Origin: Cirrosporium novae-zelandiae | Taxonomy: Eukaryota | Direction of reading: 5' to 3' | Assembly (NCBI GenBank): GCA_026023565.1 | Contig: JAPETS010000021.1 | Coordinates: 372,001 to 436,000 of the forward strand | Length of the DNA stretch: 64,000 bases | Shown: positions 37,334 to 50,558 of the stretch, piece by piece | Layout of the letters: each line of letters begins with the position of its first letter | Numbering within the stretch: position 1 is the first letter of the stretch | Program-made: the position numbers and the translations under genes | Notes under the pieces: generated by a model | Told to the model about the DNA's origin: nothing | Seen by the model: only the letters and a program-made list of their open reading frames with translations | The model's database searches: none

Positions 37334-40300
37334 ATGGCTAAAAAACACTCAAACTACCTTGGGGTGGATCCAGCTTCTCGAGGAGGTAGAGCCCCCGCGA
37401 GGTCTAGATCACCTTCTCGATCCCCCTCAAGATCTCCTTCCCGTCGCAACCGCAAGAAGAACTACTCTAAGCCAAAAGACTATACTTCTGATGGAGTAAA
37501 CGATAATGATATTATGCTATTGCCAGGTTCAGATTTCAAGCTTCTTGGCTTGCTGACTCTTATGGCGGGGGTTGTACGACTGTTCAGAATCTACCAGCCC
37601 TCAAGTGTAGTTTTCGATGAGGTCCAGTAAGGAACTACTACTTCCGCCTAGGATAAGGAATCCTGCTAACAGTTGGCTAGCTTTGGAGGTTTCGCATCAA
37701 AATATATCAAGGGGAAGTTCTTTATGGATGTGCATCCTCCCCTGGCGAAATTGCTTATCACTCTCGCTGGGTGGCTGGCTGGATTCGATGGAAACTTTGA
37801 TTTCAAGGATATTGGGAAGGATTATTTGGAGCCGAAGGTCCCATATGTGGCCATGCGACTGCTCCCTGCTATCCTTGGGATCTTGACTGTGCCTACTATG
37901 TTCCTCACCCTGAAAGCTTATGGTTGCCGGACATCTACTGCTACGATGGGAGCTGTGCTAATCATATTTGGTGCGGACTCACTGTAACATATGTCGCTTG
38001 TTCATGTACTAATGATAGTCGACAGAAAATGCCTTAGTCACCCAATCCCGACTAATTCTCCTTGATTCGCCTTTGGTGATATTCACTGCTTTTACCGCAC
38101 TCGCCTTTACATGCTTTTCGAATCAACAGGAACTCGGGCCCTCGCATGCTTTCGATGGTAGCTGGTGGTTCTGGCTTGTAGCAACAGGCTTGGGGCTTGG
38201 AGCTACAGCTAGCGTCAAATGGGTTGGTTTGTTCACCATTGCCTGGGTTGGCACGCTGACCTTGGTGCAATTGTGGGTTCTTCTAGGGGATTATAAGAAT
38301 GTTACACCTGTATGTCTTCAGGCCGCTTCCATTGCTGATAACCGAACTAATTAAATGTTTATAGCGACTCTGGTTCAAGCATTTCTTTGCTCGTGCATTC
38401 TGTCTGATTATAATCCCAATTGCTTTTTACGTTGGAATGTTTGGCATTCATTTTCTCTGCTTGGCTAATCCCGGTGACGGTGATGGATTTATGTCTTCGG
38501 AATTCCAAGCTACCCTGAATACTAAGCATATGCAGGACGTCCCGGCTGATGTCTTCTTCGGAAGCCGAGTGTCCATCCGTCATTTGAACACTCAAGGTGG
38601 TTATCTACATTCCCATAATCATATGTATCCCACAGGTAGTACCCAGCAGCAGATCACCCTATATCCTCATAAAGACGAGAATAATGTCTGGCTTCTCGAG
38701 AACCAAACACAACCAGAAGGACCTGATGGGCCAATTTCTGGATATATGGCTTGGGATACCCTGGACCCCGAATATATTTACGATGGTGCCACTCTTAAAT
38801 TATACCACATTACTACCGATCGCCGCCTACATTCTCATGATGTCCGCCCCCCTGTCACTGAAGCGGACTGGCAGAATGAAGTATCTGCATACGGCTTCGA
38901 AGGATTTGATGGTGACGCCAACGATCTATTCCGAGTTGAGATTGTGAAAGGAATGTCTGAAGGCAAGGAAGCAAAAGAACGCCTTAGAACGATCCAGACG
39001 AAATTCAGACTCGTTCATGTGATGACTGGTTGTACATTATTCTCCCACAAAGTGAAATTACCAGATTGGGCGTTTGAACAACAAGAAGTCACCTGCGCTA
39101 GGGGAGGAACCCTTCCAAATAGTGTCTGGTACATTGAGCACAATGATCATCCCAAGTTGAATGAAACTGCAGAAAAGGTTAATTACAAAAACCCTGGCTT
39201 TTTGGGGAAATTCTGGGAATTGCAGAAGGTGATGTGGACAACAAATGCTGGACTTGTCGAATCTCATGCTTGGGACTCTAGACCCCCTTCGTGGCCTGTT
39301 CTTCGCCGAGGAATCAATTTCTGGGGCAAAGACCATCGACAGATTTACCTACTTGGCAATCCGATCATTTGGTGGTCATCTACCATTGCGATTGCCGTCT
39401 ACTTCGCCTTTAAGGGGATTTCCCTTCTACGCTGGCAACGGGGATACAAGGACTACCAGAATGTCAATTTCAAACGTTTCGATTATGAGATTGGAAGTAC
39501 GGTTCTTGGTTGGGCTTTCCATTATTTCCCTTTTTACCTGATGGCAAGACAGCTTTTTCTCCACCACTACCTGCCAGCACTATATTTCGCAGTCATGACC
39601 TTATGTCAGATATATGACTTTGTTACTGCCCGAATTAGTACAATTGGCCTGAAGCAGAACCCAATTGTAGGCAAGGTTGGAATTTTAGTATTTCTTGCTA
39701 CAAGCATCGCAGCATTTACTCTATATTCGCCATTGATTTATGGAAATCCTTGGACCCAAGGTGCTTGCAATCGGGTGAAGCTTTTTGACACCTGGGATTT
39801 TGACTGCAGCACGTTTCACACCGATGTAAGTCCAACCATACCTCAGTGGAAGCCACCAGCTCGCCGTCGTGGTCGATCATGATTCTACCATTTTGGATGC
39901 TGACTATCCCTGTAGTTGAGCCAGTATTCCCATGAGATTCCAATCCAAGGGACTGTTGAACAGACCGCATCTCAGAGTCCCCAAGCGAAATTCGAGGGGC
40001 AAGCAGTACAAAACCAAGAACCTCAGAAAGAGAATCAAGTCACGCCTCCAGTGGTCTCTCAACAAGTCGTCCTCAAGAATCACGAAGAGCGTACAGAGTA
40101 CCGGGATGAGAACGGCAATGTCCTCAATGACGAACAGGTCGAAGCCTTGCGTGGTAAGGTCTCTTTCCAGACAAGGCATGAAACTAAGACTAGGCTCTTT
40201 GATGAAGCGGGCAACGAGATTAAAGGCGAGTTTAAACTAGGTGAAGGAATAGCACCACCACATCCAGACGTCCATGGAGGAAATCCAGAAACGCCGGAAA

Positions 40301-40440
40301 AGGCAGGGGAGTCTTCTCAGGGCAAAGAAAAACCCGTTGAAGCTTCTGCAGAGGATGAAGCAGCCAATGAAACAAAAGAGGGTAAAGAGAGTGATACGCC
40401 GAGACCTGCCAGCGAAGGCAATGAGGCTACTGGACAATGA
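37334..40440 (+). CDS. PMT1: Dolichyl-phosphate-mannose:protein O-mannosyltransferase, PMT1 subfamily
   Basis: VVFDEVHFGGFASKY, DVHPPLAK, MIR domains (GGYLHSH, LHSHDVRPP), LFLHHYLPALYF, and a long acidic tail. Confidence 0.92.
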
Positions 40441-40988
40441 TGGACAGATAGGACATAGGAACGGTAGGTGTTAAGGCTTCAGCTGACAATTACCACTTTT
40501 GTCTTTCTTTTGTACGGTTCTTTGTGAGGTAGACTAGGAGATGGAGGTCTAGAGAGGCTGGAATCGAGAAAAGTTTATAACATAATGCGAGTGCAGTTGA
40601 ATGCGATTATGAATGTTTTAAATGGTCTGATCAAGCATACTCTAGTGTTGCAGCATACCCCATTATGTAGACATCTACGCCGTAGACAAAATTTACTACT
40701 AGCTACTAACTCATATCCGTCGATTCGAGTCTCAATTGGAGCATAAGTTCTACCTAAATGTTACACGTACACTATTGGAGACTGCAAGTCATGCTAATGG
40801 TCTCTGGAGAGATAATCTTGCTTCTCAGCCCAACAGGTTCCCAACTATTCCTCTTAGGACTATGCTGAGTATCAGACATTTTAGAAGGCTCAGGTCTCGT
40901 TTATGTCTACATGCAGTGCATTGTGTATGAACTATTGACAAATGTAGTAGGGTTACGATGGCAGTTCAAGAAAAAGGCCATAAATTGC

Positions 40989-41704
40989 TTAAACAATGGA
41001 GAGATCACCAAATTTTTCCTATTTATTGGGTCAGTAACAGTTTCATAGCTAGTAGCGTTGCTATTCCTCCGTACCTTGTAACCTGGTGGCATCCATTTGC
41101 CCTTCTTGATCATCTCCTCGACCTTCCTGTCGACGTCTGGGCGAACAGCCGCAACATCATCCTAGATCATATATCAGCCATTGTGGATTAGTATTGTTTG
41201 AGAAGTTAACACGTACAACAGTGAGATCCTCAATCGGTCTAGCCGTTTCAATGTTCTTCAAGGTCTTGTCCAGATCTGCCAACTCCTCATCCACCTTCAT
41301 CTTGGTCTCTTCCGCGTTCTTGATAGCTTGGGCCTCAAATGCCTCAATTGCTTTCAGTTGCCTGCTGACATCATATGTTGCTGGCTTGAACGCCTTGAAG
41401 TGATTTTCGATTTCGTCTACGACAGCTTGGTTCTTCAAGATGGATCGGTAGTGAGAGAAGTCGACGGTTTGGGCTTGTTCGGAGAGAACCTGAACCTTGC
41501 GGCGAGCATCATCGTTGCGCTTTTTGAATGCCTGGAGCGAAGCTGCAGTTTGACCACGGAGAGAGAGGGACGTGGCAACTTTGGTCCAGTCAACTTTGAG
41601 AGCGGCGGAGCGCTAAGGAAGTTGGGAAGGTTAGTTACTATCATTTTACTAGTAGGTATTCAAGAAAATATTCATTCGATTAAACTACTTACTCCTGCAG
41701 CCAT
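40989..41704 (-). CDS. ATP7: Mitochondrial ATP synthase subunit d
   Basis: Spliced [11 protein letters not shown]...[11 protein letters not shown]...[20 protein letters not shown]...[33 protein letters not shown]. Confidence 0.93.
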
Positions 41705-41897
41705 TGTGATTGTGAGTGGAGTGGTTTTTATTCAAAGATTAATGAAGCTTGTGGATCGGCCGGATTGAGGGATGGGATTCATCGAGATGTTGAAAGTAGC
41801 GTTGCACGTGACTGCGGCTCGATACTTGGATGAAATCAACCTAAATGTTATAATTAATTAATCTACTTTCGAAAAGATATCCTTATAATTGATACCC

Positions 41898-41919
41898 TAC
41901 CTACTTTCGAAAGTAGGTA
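41898..41919. repeat. Perfect 22-bp palindrome TACCTACTTTCGAAAGTAGGTA
   Basis: Self-reverse-complementary. A partial copy, ATCTACTTTCGAAAAGAT, lies about 35 bp upstream. Confidence 0.85.
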
Positions 41920-42207
41920 CTTAACTATTATAACATATGAAGAGGTCTTTTCACAAATGGGAAGCAAGTGTTTATTCTCAAAGAGAATTCATAGAATGGT
42001 AAGAAAGCATTTGGACCTTTCAAGACGAAATCAGACTCTAAGCCGTAGGAAGTTCGAGTAAGGGGGCATATCTAATTATTCGTAAAAAATATATTATATC
42101 GCGGCCCGTTCCACAATAAACTAGATATTGTCGACAGAAAAACCCTCATTATCTAGCCAACAGTAAATACAATCCCCGCAGGAGCCATTCATGTCCAGTG
42201 CAGTCAT

Positions 42208-44220
42208 CTAACTCATTAGTAGCCTGACAGCCCATCGCACATTCAACGTTCTTAAATCACTATAATGTTGTCCCACCCCTAAGAATACCACCGGAATCCC
42301 AGTTGCGAAAACCATACTGACTAAAGTGCCTATCATCTCTCCCACAGTATCGCACTTACTGATAATGAAACCATCCAAGCCTCTACCAGCGCCGAAAGCG
42401 GTGTTGAAGTTCCTTGCTTGCGCTACAGAGTCTGTACCTACCAATGCTTCTCCAACCATGAAAATTTTATCTGGGTTAGCTAATTGTCCGAATTTCGCTA
42501 GAGACGACATGAGACGAGCGTCATTATGCCGACGTCCAGCGGTGTCAATCAGTACGACGTCAAATTTATTCTCCACGCCGTAAGAAACAGCATCCCGGGC
42601 GATGTGTGCTGCATCCTTTCCATATCCTTTCTGGTATAAGGCGACGGCATTCGCACCTAGTCCTTCACGAAGACATAGTTCTGAAAGGTTGCGAGCATGT
42701 ACACCGAGCTGCTCAACAGCACCAGATCGGAAGGTATCACAGGCAGCAATGAGGACGCGATAGTGGTTTTGGAGGAGGAAGAAAGCGAGTTTCGAAAGGG
42801 AGGTTGATTTACCAACACCGTTGACGCCAACAATGGACATGACGTAAGGACGGCTGCTCTTCCTAGAGCTTTGAATTTCATGTAAAAGGTCGAGGGATGT
42901 GGAAGGAGTAAGAAGCTTTTGAAGAGAGGATTCCATGGCGCTGTTGACGGCTGTGGAGATGGTTTCGAATGAAGATGTTTTCATGCCGAGGAGTTGTTGG
43001 GAAACCGCTGTACAAAGCTTCTTTGCTGCCTCCGGAGCGACATTCTTTCGTAGCAGAAGGTCCTCTATACCTTTCATAGTCTTGTCAAGGTCAGTCTGGG
43101 TAATTGTCTTCCCACCGACTAGACCCCTAAACAGGTTGTTGATAGTGCCAAGGCCAGACCCCACAATACCAGAGCTCGAAGAAGAGCCATCCTTGGCAGA
43201 TGCAGAGGAGAGGATATCATGCACTTTGTCATCAATTTCTTTGACCACAAATTCCCCTTTTCTTGTCCGTTGACCCCATGATTCTGCAGAAATACCTTCC
43301 ACATTCGCTTGCTGAGGTATATCATCGCCGCTTCCCAGTTCAGCAGAGTAATCCAATGTTATGTTCCCATCATCCTCTTCAGCGTAACCTTCTGCATTCC
43401 ATTTCCTCATTTTCTTTCCTCCTGATTTGGCAGTTTTAGATTTCGGAATTCTATTCTCTTCTCCTGATGAAGCATTAGTGGTAGGACTATTTGCCGCTTT
43501 GCGGGCTCGACGTGATTTACGTCCCGTTGATTTCGCTGTAAGTAGATGTCCTACAGTATTTGGGGTGCCTGGTCGTGACGAGTCTGGTGTGATGATTGGT
43601 GAGGCATCAGTTGAAACTGCTGCAATACCTGTTTTTACGATTCCTGGTATAGGTGGCGGTCCATTATCTTCTCTTTTGTCCACAGGGAGAGGAATATCAA
43701 TTTCTCCCAATTCCTTCTCGCTTTGCTCAACATCTCTTTCAGGCTCCAATTCCCGAACTTGCTGGTCGAAATATTGATCAAATGGGAATGGGGTAATAAT
43801 CGTATCCGGACTTGAGAGCCTGCTTTTGTATAAGTCGGTAAATATCGTCCGCACATTGTCCAGGAGTTTATCGATCCAAGTAAGATGTAGTAAAGACTGA
43901 TAGACAGCCTGTAGGGCAATTAGTTATAATTCCGGAAAAAAATATCAATATTCTGATGATAACCAGTAAGCGCGTAGACATACAACAAATATTAGGCCTA
44001 GGTCCTTTGCGGTTGTCCATTTCAAAGTGTACTTTTCTCTCTTGAATGGTGGAGTTTTGGTTGCGCTGGCATCGTTTGTCGCAATTGTAGTGGCGGGACC
44101 CTTTTCTTCGATAAAGACTTCGTTGATCAGGCTATTGATAATACCGGCTTGAACTGGAACATAAGATCGCGACCATAGAACGACCCCGGAGGTCGTGAGA
44201 ATTTCAAAACTATCCAACAT
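42208..44220 (-). CDS. SRP101: Signal recognition particle receptor alpha subunit
   Basis: N-terminus MLDSFEILTTSGVVLW; GTPase motifs GVNGVGKSTS, DTFRSGAVEQL, DTAGR and GVGQHYSDL. Confidence 0.95.
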
Positions 44221-44552
44221 TGTTGTCGTGATAGTGTTGAATGATAATATTATTGTGGACAAGAGTGGGAGGCGCAAAATGACGGAGGTCCCTGCTGGTC
44301 TCCGCAGATCTGGCATCAACGCTTGTTTTAAGGGCAACACAACAACGGCTGTAATCTGTAATGTAGCTCAATTCCAAACCACCACTATCCAAATAATCTA
44401 CCCAGCTACAACCAATACAGGCAATACTGTCATTTTCTTACTATACAGCTATCTGGCAGCTTCCTAACGCTCTTTGAAAAAAAAATTTAAACTCATTTTC
44501 TTCGCCCCATCCCCCCTTTGATGACTCTCTGAGTACTCAAAACTCAGACAGA

Positions 44553-45684
44553 ATGCAACGCGCCCCATATGCTCCTGCACCAGCACAATCCCCTCCACTG
44601 CACCATCCAGTGCCTCAGCATGTATCTACTGTTCCTATGATGCGTTCTCCCCCCCCACCATCGACCCAACCTCAGAGCGCCGGCTATGGAAATCCATACC
44701 AACCACAGCCTGCCCAAGGCGGCGGTAACTTCGGGCCCCCCAACTTTGGGGGTTTCATGAACGATACTACAGCACAGATGGGCTTTCAGGTTGGCAGAAG
44801 TGCTCTTGCTGCAGGACAAGAGTATATGGACAAGAATGTAAGCTGGGATGCTAGAATTGTCTCACTTGTTAGCTACATACAGTATCATTTGCTAATCCAT
44901 CTACTTATCAACAGGTTGGCAAATTTCTATCGGTTGCCAAACTAAAGTACTACTTTAATGTATCAAACTCTTATGTGATTTCAAAAGTTACTTTGGTTCT
45001 CTTCCCCTGGCGGCACAAGCCATGGTCCCGGCTACAGTCTTCAGTATCCTCAAACTCGAATGCCATATTTTATTTACCTCCTCGAGATGACCTAAACGCC
45101 CCCGATTTATATATCCCTGTGATGGCCTTGGTAAGCTACTGCCTTCTTCAGGGGTTGCTGGCGGGTATCCATGGCACTTTTCACCCAGAACTATTTGGGA
45201 CTGCCGCAGGTTGGGCACTTATGGTTATATTACTTGAATATGCTGCCTTGTGGCTTGGAATGTTTATATTGACCATCAACAACGAATCCACCTGGCTTGA
45301 CTTGATATCATACTCCGGGTATAAATTTGTCGGCTGCATTGTGACCATTGTGATAGGGGAGATTCTGAGTGGTGGCAACGGTACAAGTAGTTGGATTGGA
45401 TGGATAGTATTTATCTATTGCTTTCTCGCCAATGCCTTTTTCTTGGTAAGGAAAGCCGATTTGACATCACCTTCTAGATATTGCGAATGCTCAAATTTAT
45501 ATACTAACTGACACTGTAGCTTCGTTCATTAAAATATGTTCTTCTCCCAGACAGTACCAACGATGCCCGAGGAAGCGCAAGTTATACGATTGCTCGGTCA
45601 CAACGGAACAAGCGGACGCAGTTTCTTTTTGTTTATTCATACATTATCCAGTTCTTCTTCATGTGGCTATTGACTCGCGATTAA
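44553..45684 (+). CDS. YIF1: ER-Golgi transport protein Yif1
   Basis: LKYYFNVSNSYVISKVTLVLFPWRHKPW, PRDDLNAPDLYIPVM, YSGYKFV and FFLLRSLKY. Confidence 0.93.
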
Positions 45685-47365
45685 CGACGAAAACGGAGGT
45701 GCGGAGTGGCACCATATGACACGATGAATGTTGGCATTGGCTATTCCTTGAATAGTCGATTTATCAACTCTCAATTAACAAATATATCTATGAGGACCGG
45801 CAAGAACACAATCTACATTATAGGTTTACATAGGAACATTAATAAATTCAAGCAAATGATCCAAATTAAATTATTATGAGCTAGTTGAAAAAATGCGATC
45901 AAACAAGTAGGGTTGGTGACAATGGTTTGTAATGACTACTTGAAGCCACCCAGTTAGCATGAGAAGTTCACGGTGAAATGAAGAACTTAGAAAAATGGAG
46001 GATGTGTCCTCAGTGATCTTGGTGTAAAGCATGATCATACCCCGAGGGGTCAGTTACTATCTAGTGCGTGATGGTGTAATCATAGGACGGAGAGAAAGCA
46101 AATAAAGCACTGCGTACCTTGTTGGGGAAAATTCATCAGGATGACTTTGACGTTCCTATTATAATATCGTTAAGAAAGTCGATGGTGAGTTTGGTTAACA
46201 TTCCTAGTTGGTATATGAATAAAGATAGCCAAGGCCATCATAATATTGTGTAGAATATAGTCATTAAACATGCTGGGCGAAAAAATTCTATGGCCTAGAT
46301 ACCTATATAATTAGCCAAAGCCCTAGAGCAGACTTGGAAGGCAAATATTTGTTATTCATAAAAGTTCAGAATATGTAAGAAAGTGAATATCATAACCATG
46401 ACATCGTATAGAAACCCAGGCGAGAGCTTCACGATGAAATGGTCAATCGTAAATTACCGCATCATGAAAATAGAGCAATCAAGAAAAGCTGGAATGACTT
46501 ACTACTTGGATGTGTCGGCCCTGGGGGTGCTGTTCTCATGCCCATTGAACAGTTGCATTAATGTTCGCTCCAGCAAGAAATTCTGCTCAAATTCAGAGGG
46601 AACATCATGAAAATCCCTAGGTCGAAAGACTTGTTTGCTTTTGTACCTACTTGGAGTTGTTGAAGTAATGAAAAAGTTGGGGGGAAAGAAGTAGAGAAAA
46701 TTGCGCCGCAAGATATAAGCTTCCAGCCGGCGCTAATCCGGATAAGCTAACTACAATGGGCAGATATCGAGCCCTATTCCCACCCAGAACACTGAGAACT
46801 TCAAGATTTCTTGACTGTTAGGTTCAAGCGCCGACGACAATCATTTCCAGCAAATTCCCTTTAAAGGTATGCAATTCAAATATCTAACTATTCTCTATGT
46901 TCTTAACTAAGCGTGACTACAAAATCTAGGTATGCAACTTTTCCTACGCTGATCTCCCAACTCCTCTACCCCAGTCACTATTGTTCCATCAGCCATAAGA
47001 GATACCTTCATCTGGCGAGTCAAGACATCTAGGGAAGATAGCCATAGAAACATATAAGCCAAAAGCTGGCTGCTGTCTGGGCGAACCTAGATTTCTGTTC
47101 TGTCGTTTCCCAATCTTGCCACTGTTCCAACCCGCCAAATGTCTCTGTCATTGCTAGTCCTTGAACGTTTAGGCTCGCTGAAGAGTTGGAATGTTTCTGG
47201 AATGATGAAATATGAATGACTGTACTATGCATGATGGCCGACTTTCAGATTTGGTTTTGGGGGCCCTTCTCGAACTTGATTTCAGAAGCTTGGGAGATGA
47301 CTTGCTCTAGCTTTTTGCTTACGGTTTTCTTTCCCTTAGGCTCCGTCGAATACTCATCCGTCGCC

Positions 47366-48330
47366 ATGTCTCAAATACAGTTACACAACCCGTAAGTCTA
47401 TGATGCCCTTGTTTTTGGGAATAGTCGCTGAACAATTCAACTTAGGGAGTTCAAAGTAAACAGTTTTGGTCCTGAAATTGACTTCCATGGCTAACTAGAC
47501 GTTAATAGTTCGTGGAGGTTGGACGCATAGTTCTCGAGGTAATGATCGAGTGAATCTATATTTGCAATCTACTAACATGGTTTCAGGATGGCAAACTTGC
47601 TGCCATGTAAGAACGTCCCTAACATCTGTTGGTTAACGACTAACATTCTTCAGCATCCAGATCATAGACCACAAGCGTAAGTATTTCTATTATATCCTAC
47701 AGCTATCCCGAAACTAATAATATTTAGGCGTGTTACTGGAAGGCCCACAAGTTCCCCGAGTAAGTCGGTAACGGGTTTAATGTCCAACTCATTAATATTT
47801 ACTTAGCATGCCGCTGCCCTAAAAAACATCTCCCTCACCAAGGTGAAGATTGATAATCTTACCTTCGGTGCCCAGGTACTGTTTTATCATATATCGCGAG
47901 TTAGCTAGCTGGTACTGACTGCGAGCTATTTTAGCATGCGTCACTAGTCAGTAAATGGAAAGAGTCCAAAATAGAGGAGCAATACTCAAAGACACCCTGG
48001 GCCAAGCGGTATAAAAATGCATATCTGTTCCGCTTATGTGTAAGATAGCACAACTGATCAGCCGATAGGACCATTCAAAATGAGAAGAGGAGAGCCTTAA
48101 CCGATTTTGAGAGGTTCAAGGTGATGAAGTTGAGGTCGCAGGTGGGTGTTTCCCAATATTTCCTTGGCGGTTATTGAAAAAGAAGAAGAAGAAGAAGAAG
48201 AAGAGATATTTAATACTCCAGTTATCGCGCTACTTCCAAGAAAGTGTACACTGATATACCCTTTTCTCAGGCTCGATACGAAGTACGCAGGGCACACGCC
48301 ACAGTCCGGGCTGCTGCAACTAAGGCGTGA
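47366..48330 (+). CDS. RPL14: 60S ribosomal protein eL14, divergent, 10 exons
   Basis: Exons 47366-47391, 47446-47455, 47509-47538, 47587-47606, 47654-47676, 47728-47759, 47807-47875, 47935-48008, 48069-48141 and 48271-48330 give [48 protein letters not shown]...RRALTDFERFKVMKLRSQARYEVRRAHA. Confidence 0.9.
48180..48204 (+). repeat. (GAA)n microsatellite in the last RPL14 intron
   Basis: aagaagaagaagaagaagaagaag. Confidence 0.9.
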
Positions 48331-49082
48331 AGAAGCGGAAGCGAGATGAGCGAGGGAATTACAATTGTTTGCAAAAGCTATGCATAGGATGATTATTCTA
48401 AAGGTCTCAGAAATGGCGCATAGCAGAATATCCAATGGATCAAATTCCTACCTGTAGAAAAATTTATATCTACGGAAACGAGTGTGGTAGCCTTTTTCAA
48501 AATTGGATGTTCGATGTGCCTTTGAAATGTTATCTGTTAATTACATAGAAAAAGGTCAAAAAAGAAAACCATACAAAATGCTCTCCTAGCCTGCATTTTG
48601 CATTTCTCTTTTTCCTTGATACGTTCTACTATATAGTATCGTTATCGGAATCTCATATCCCCCGCCTTCTACAGTAGTAGGGCATAACCCTGATCAAGGT
48701 CAGATATGTAGCTCAGGAATCATAGCTATGACTCTTGAAATCCGGAGAGCCAGTACCAATTAATAGTGCATGTTGAACAGTTACATGTGTGCATATTTAG
48801 TGTTAAGTAAAATAAAGGTTTGAGAAGCATCATGCCCCAGGGTGGGAAGTTGCGCCCACAGATCGCCATCCCACACTGCAATTAGCGATTTTCAATAAAC
48901 TCGGCTCACAACCACCTCAACCTTGACCATCAGCGTTCTTTTGCCTAGATATCTTCTTCTCAGTTAAACTCAAGTATGTGTTTCCTAATCTCATACTTTT
49001 CAGCTTCAGTTACTCCCTTTTCCCCATCTCTAATCCTTCATGCTCTAGAAAAGCTAACCCCACTAAGTAGCCAAACATCAAA

Positions 49083-49948
49083 ATGTCGAATCCCCGTATA
49101 GAAGAGCTCCCTGACGACCCTCCCAAGAAGGCCGCCGAGGTTGAAGAAGTCTCTGACAGCTCAGACTCGGAGCCCGAAACTGGCGCTACTGAGGAGGCTT
49201 CTGGAATCCCCGCCGGTAGTTCCGTCACCGTCCACTCCCGTAATGAGAAGAAGGCCAGGAAGGCAATTGGAAAATTGGGATTGAAGCATATTCCGGGCAT
49301 CACTAGGGTCACATTGAGGAGACCAAAGAATGTGAGTATGATTTCGTATTTACTGGTAGTATGCTATGAGATTGGGAGTGGGTCCTATTTGGATTATGAC
49401 AGGAGGGAAAGCCTAGAACGATAGGAATAATTGTTGACGTGATATTATAATATCTAAATCCAATAATAGGACTAACTATCCTTGCCAACAGATCCTCTTC
49501 GTCATCAACCAACCCGATGTTTACAAGTCCCCCTCCAGCAACACTTACATGTAAGGCTCCTTTCCTAGTTACTACTTAGATACAATTCCGCCTCCAAATC
49601 TATTCTAATACCCTTGACAGCATCTTTGGTGAAGCCAAGATCGAAGACCTAAATTCTCAATCCCAAATGGCCGCTGCCCAACAATTAGCTGCGCAAGATG
49701 CCGCGTCGGGCGAACCACACACCCATGATGCTCTACCAGCCTCCTCTGAGAAGGGTAAGGAACCTGCCACTGAAGACAAGAAAGACGAGGATGAGGATGA
49801 TGGCGAAGAAGTGGATGATTCAGGCTTGGAGGCCAAGGATATTGAGTTAGTGATGGCGCAAGCAAGTGTGAGTAGGAAGAAGGCAGTCAAGGCACTGAAA
49901 GAGAATGATAATGATATCGTCAATTCCATCATGGCGTTGAGTGTCTAA
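49083..49948 (+). CDS. EGD2: Nascent polypeptide-associated complex alpha subunit
   Basis: [18 protein letters not shown]...[31 protein letters not shown] domain [24 protein letters not shown]. Confidence 0.95.
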
Positions 49949-50558
49949 TATCTGGGGATGTGGAATTGATAAACTGAAGAAATTTTTACGAGGATGGGTG
50001 ATAACTCTAAGGGGAAGGTGTTGAAGACACTGGTCTAACAAAGACCCACCAAGATAGCATTCGCTTTAAGAATGAAAATATCAGCATCAAAATTTATGAG
50101 TTGCAGATTCTAATTACATAGGCGCTAGAAAATAGCAACCGTCCGCAGCTACAGCACGTTGAAGTACTATCCTATCCACCTTTACATTGCCTCCAACACA
50201 TTCGTGAAAGAAATGAAAACTGAAGCCTCAGTCTTAAAAACTTGACCACTAGTCCAAGAATATTCAACTCGCACCTGTGGATTAGTAATGGTCTACCGGA
50301 TTTAATGTAAAAGACGGGCAAATACAAAAATGAGTAGCCTATAAAATTATAATATCCCTAAAAAGAGCTTCAGTGACTGAAATTAAAAGGTTGAATACCT
50401 TAAGGTATATACTTTTAGTTGGCACTATCTAGCTATCGTCTGACCATCATCCCATGCCACATAAAAAAGCCCCTAGCAAGCTTTGCGTCTGCATTACAAC
50501 AGTATTTATGTTCAGGTTTGAACGTATCGCCCCCTATCGCCCCACCAGAAATAGTCAT

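Noticed and set aside
45700..46750. Long AT-rich intergenic stretch with short ORFs
   Set aside because: No terminal repeats, transposase or RT motifs, or credible exon chain were found.
48712..48737. Imperfect palindrome TCAGGAATCATAGCTATGACTCTTGA
   Set aside because: It is short and isolated, with no supporting feature.
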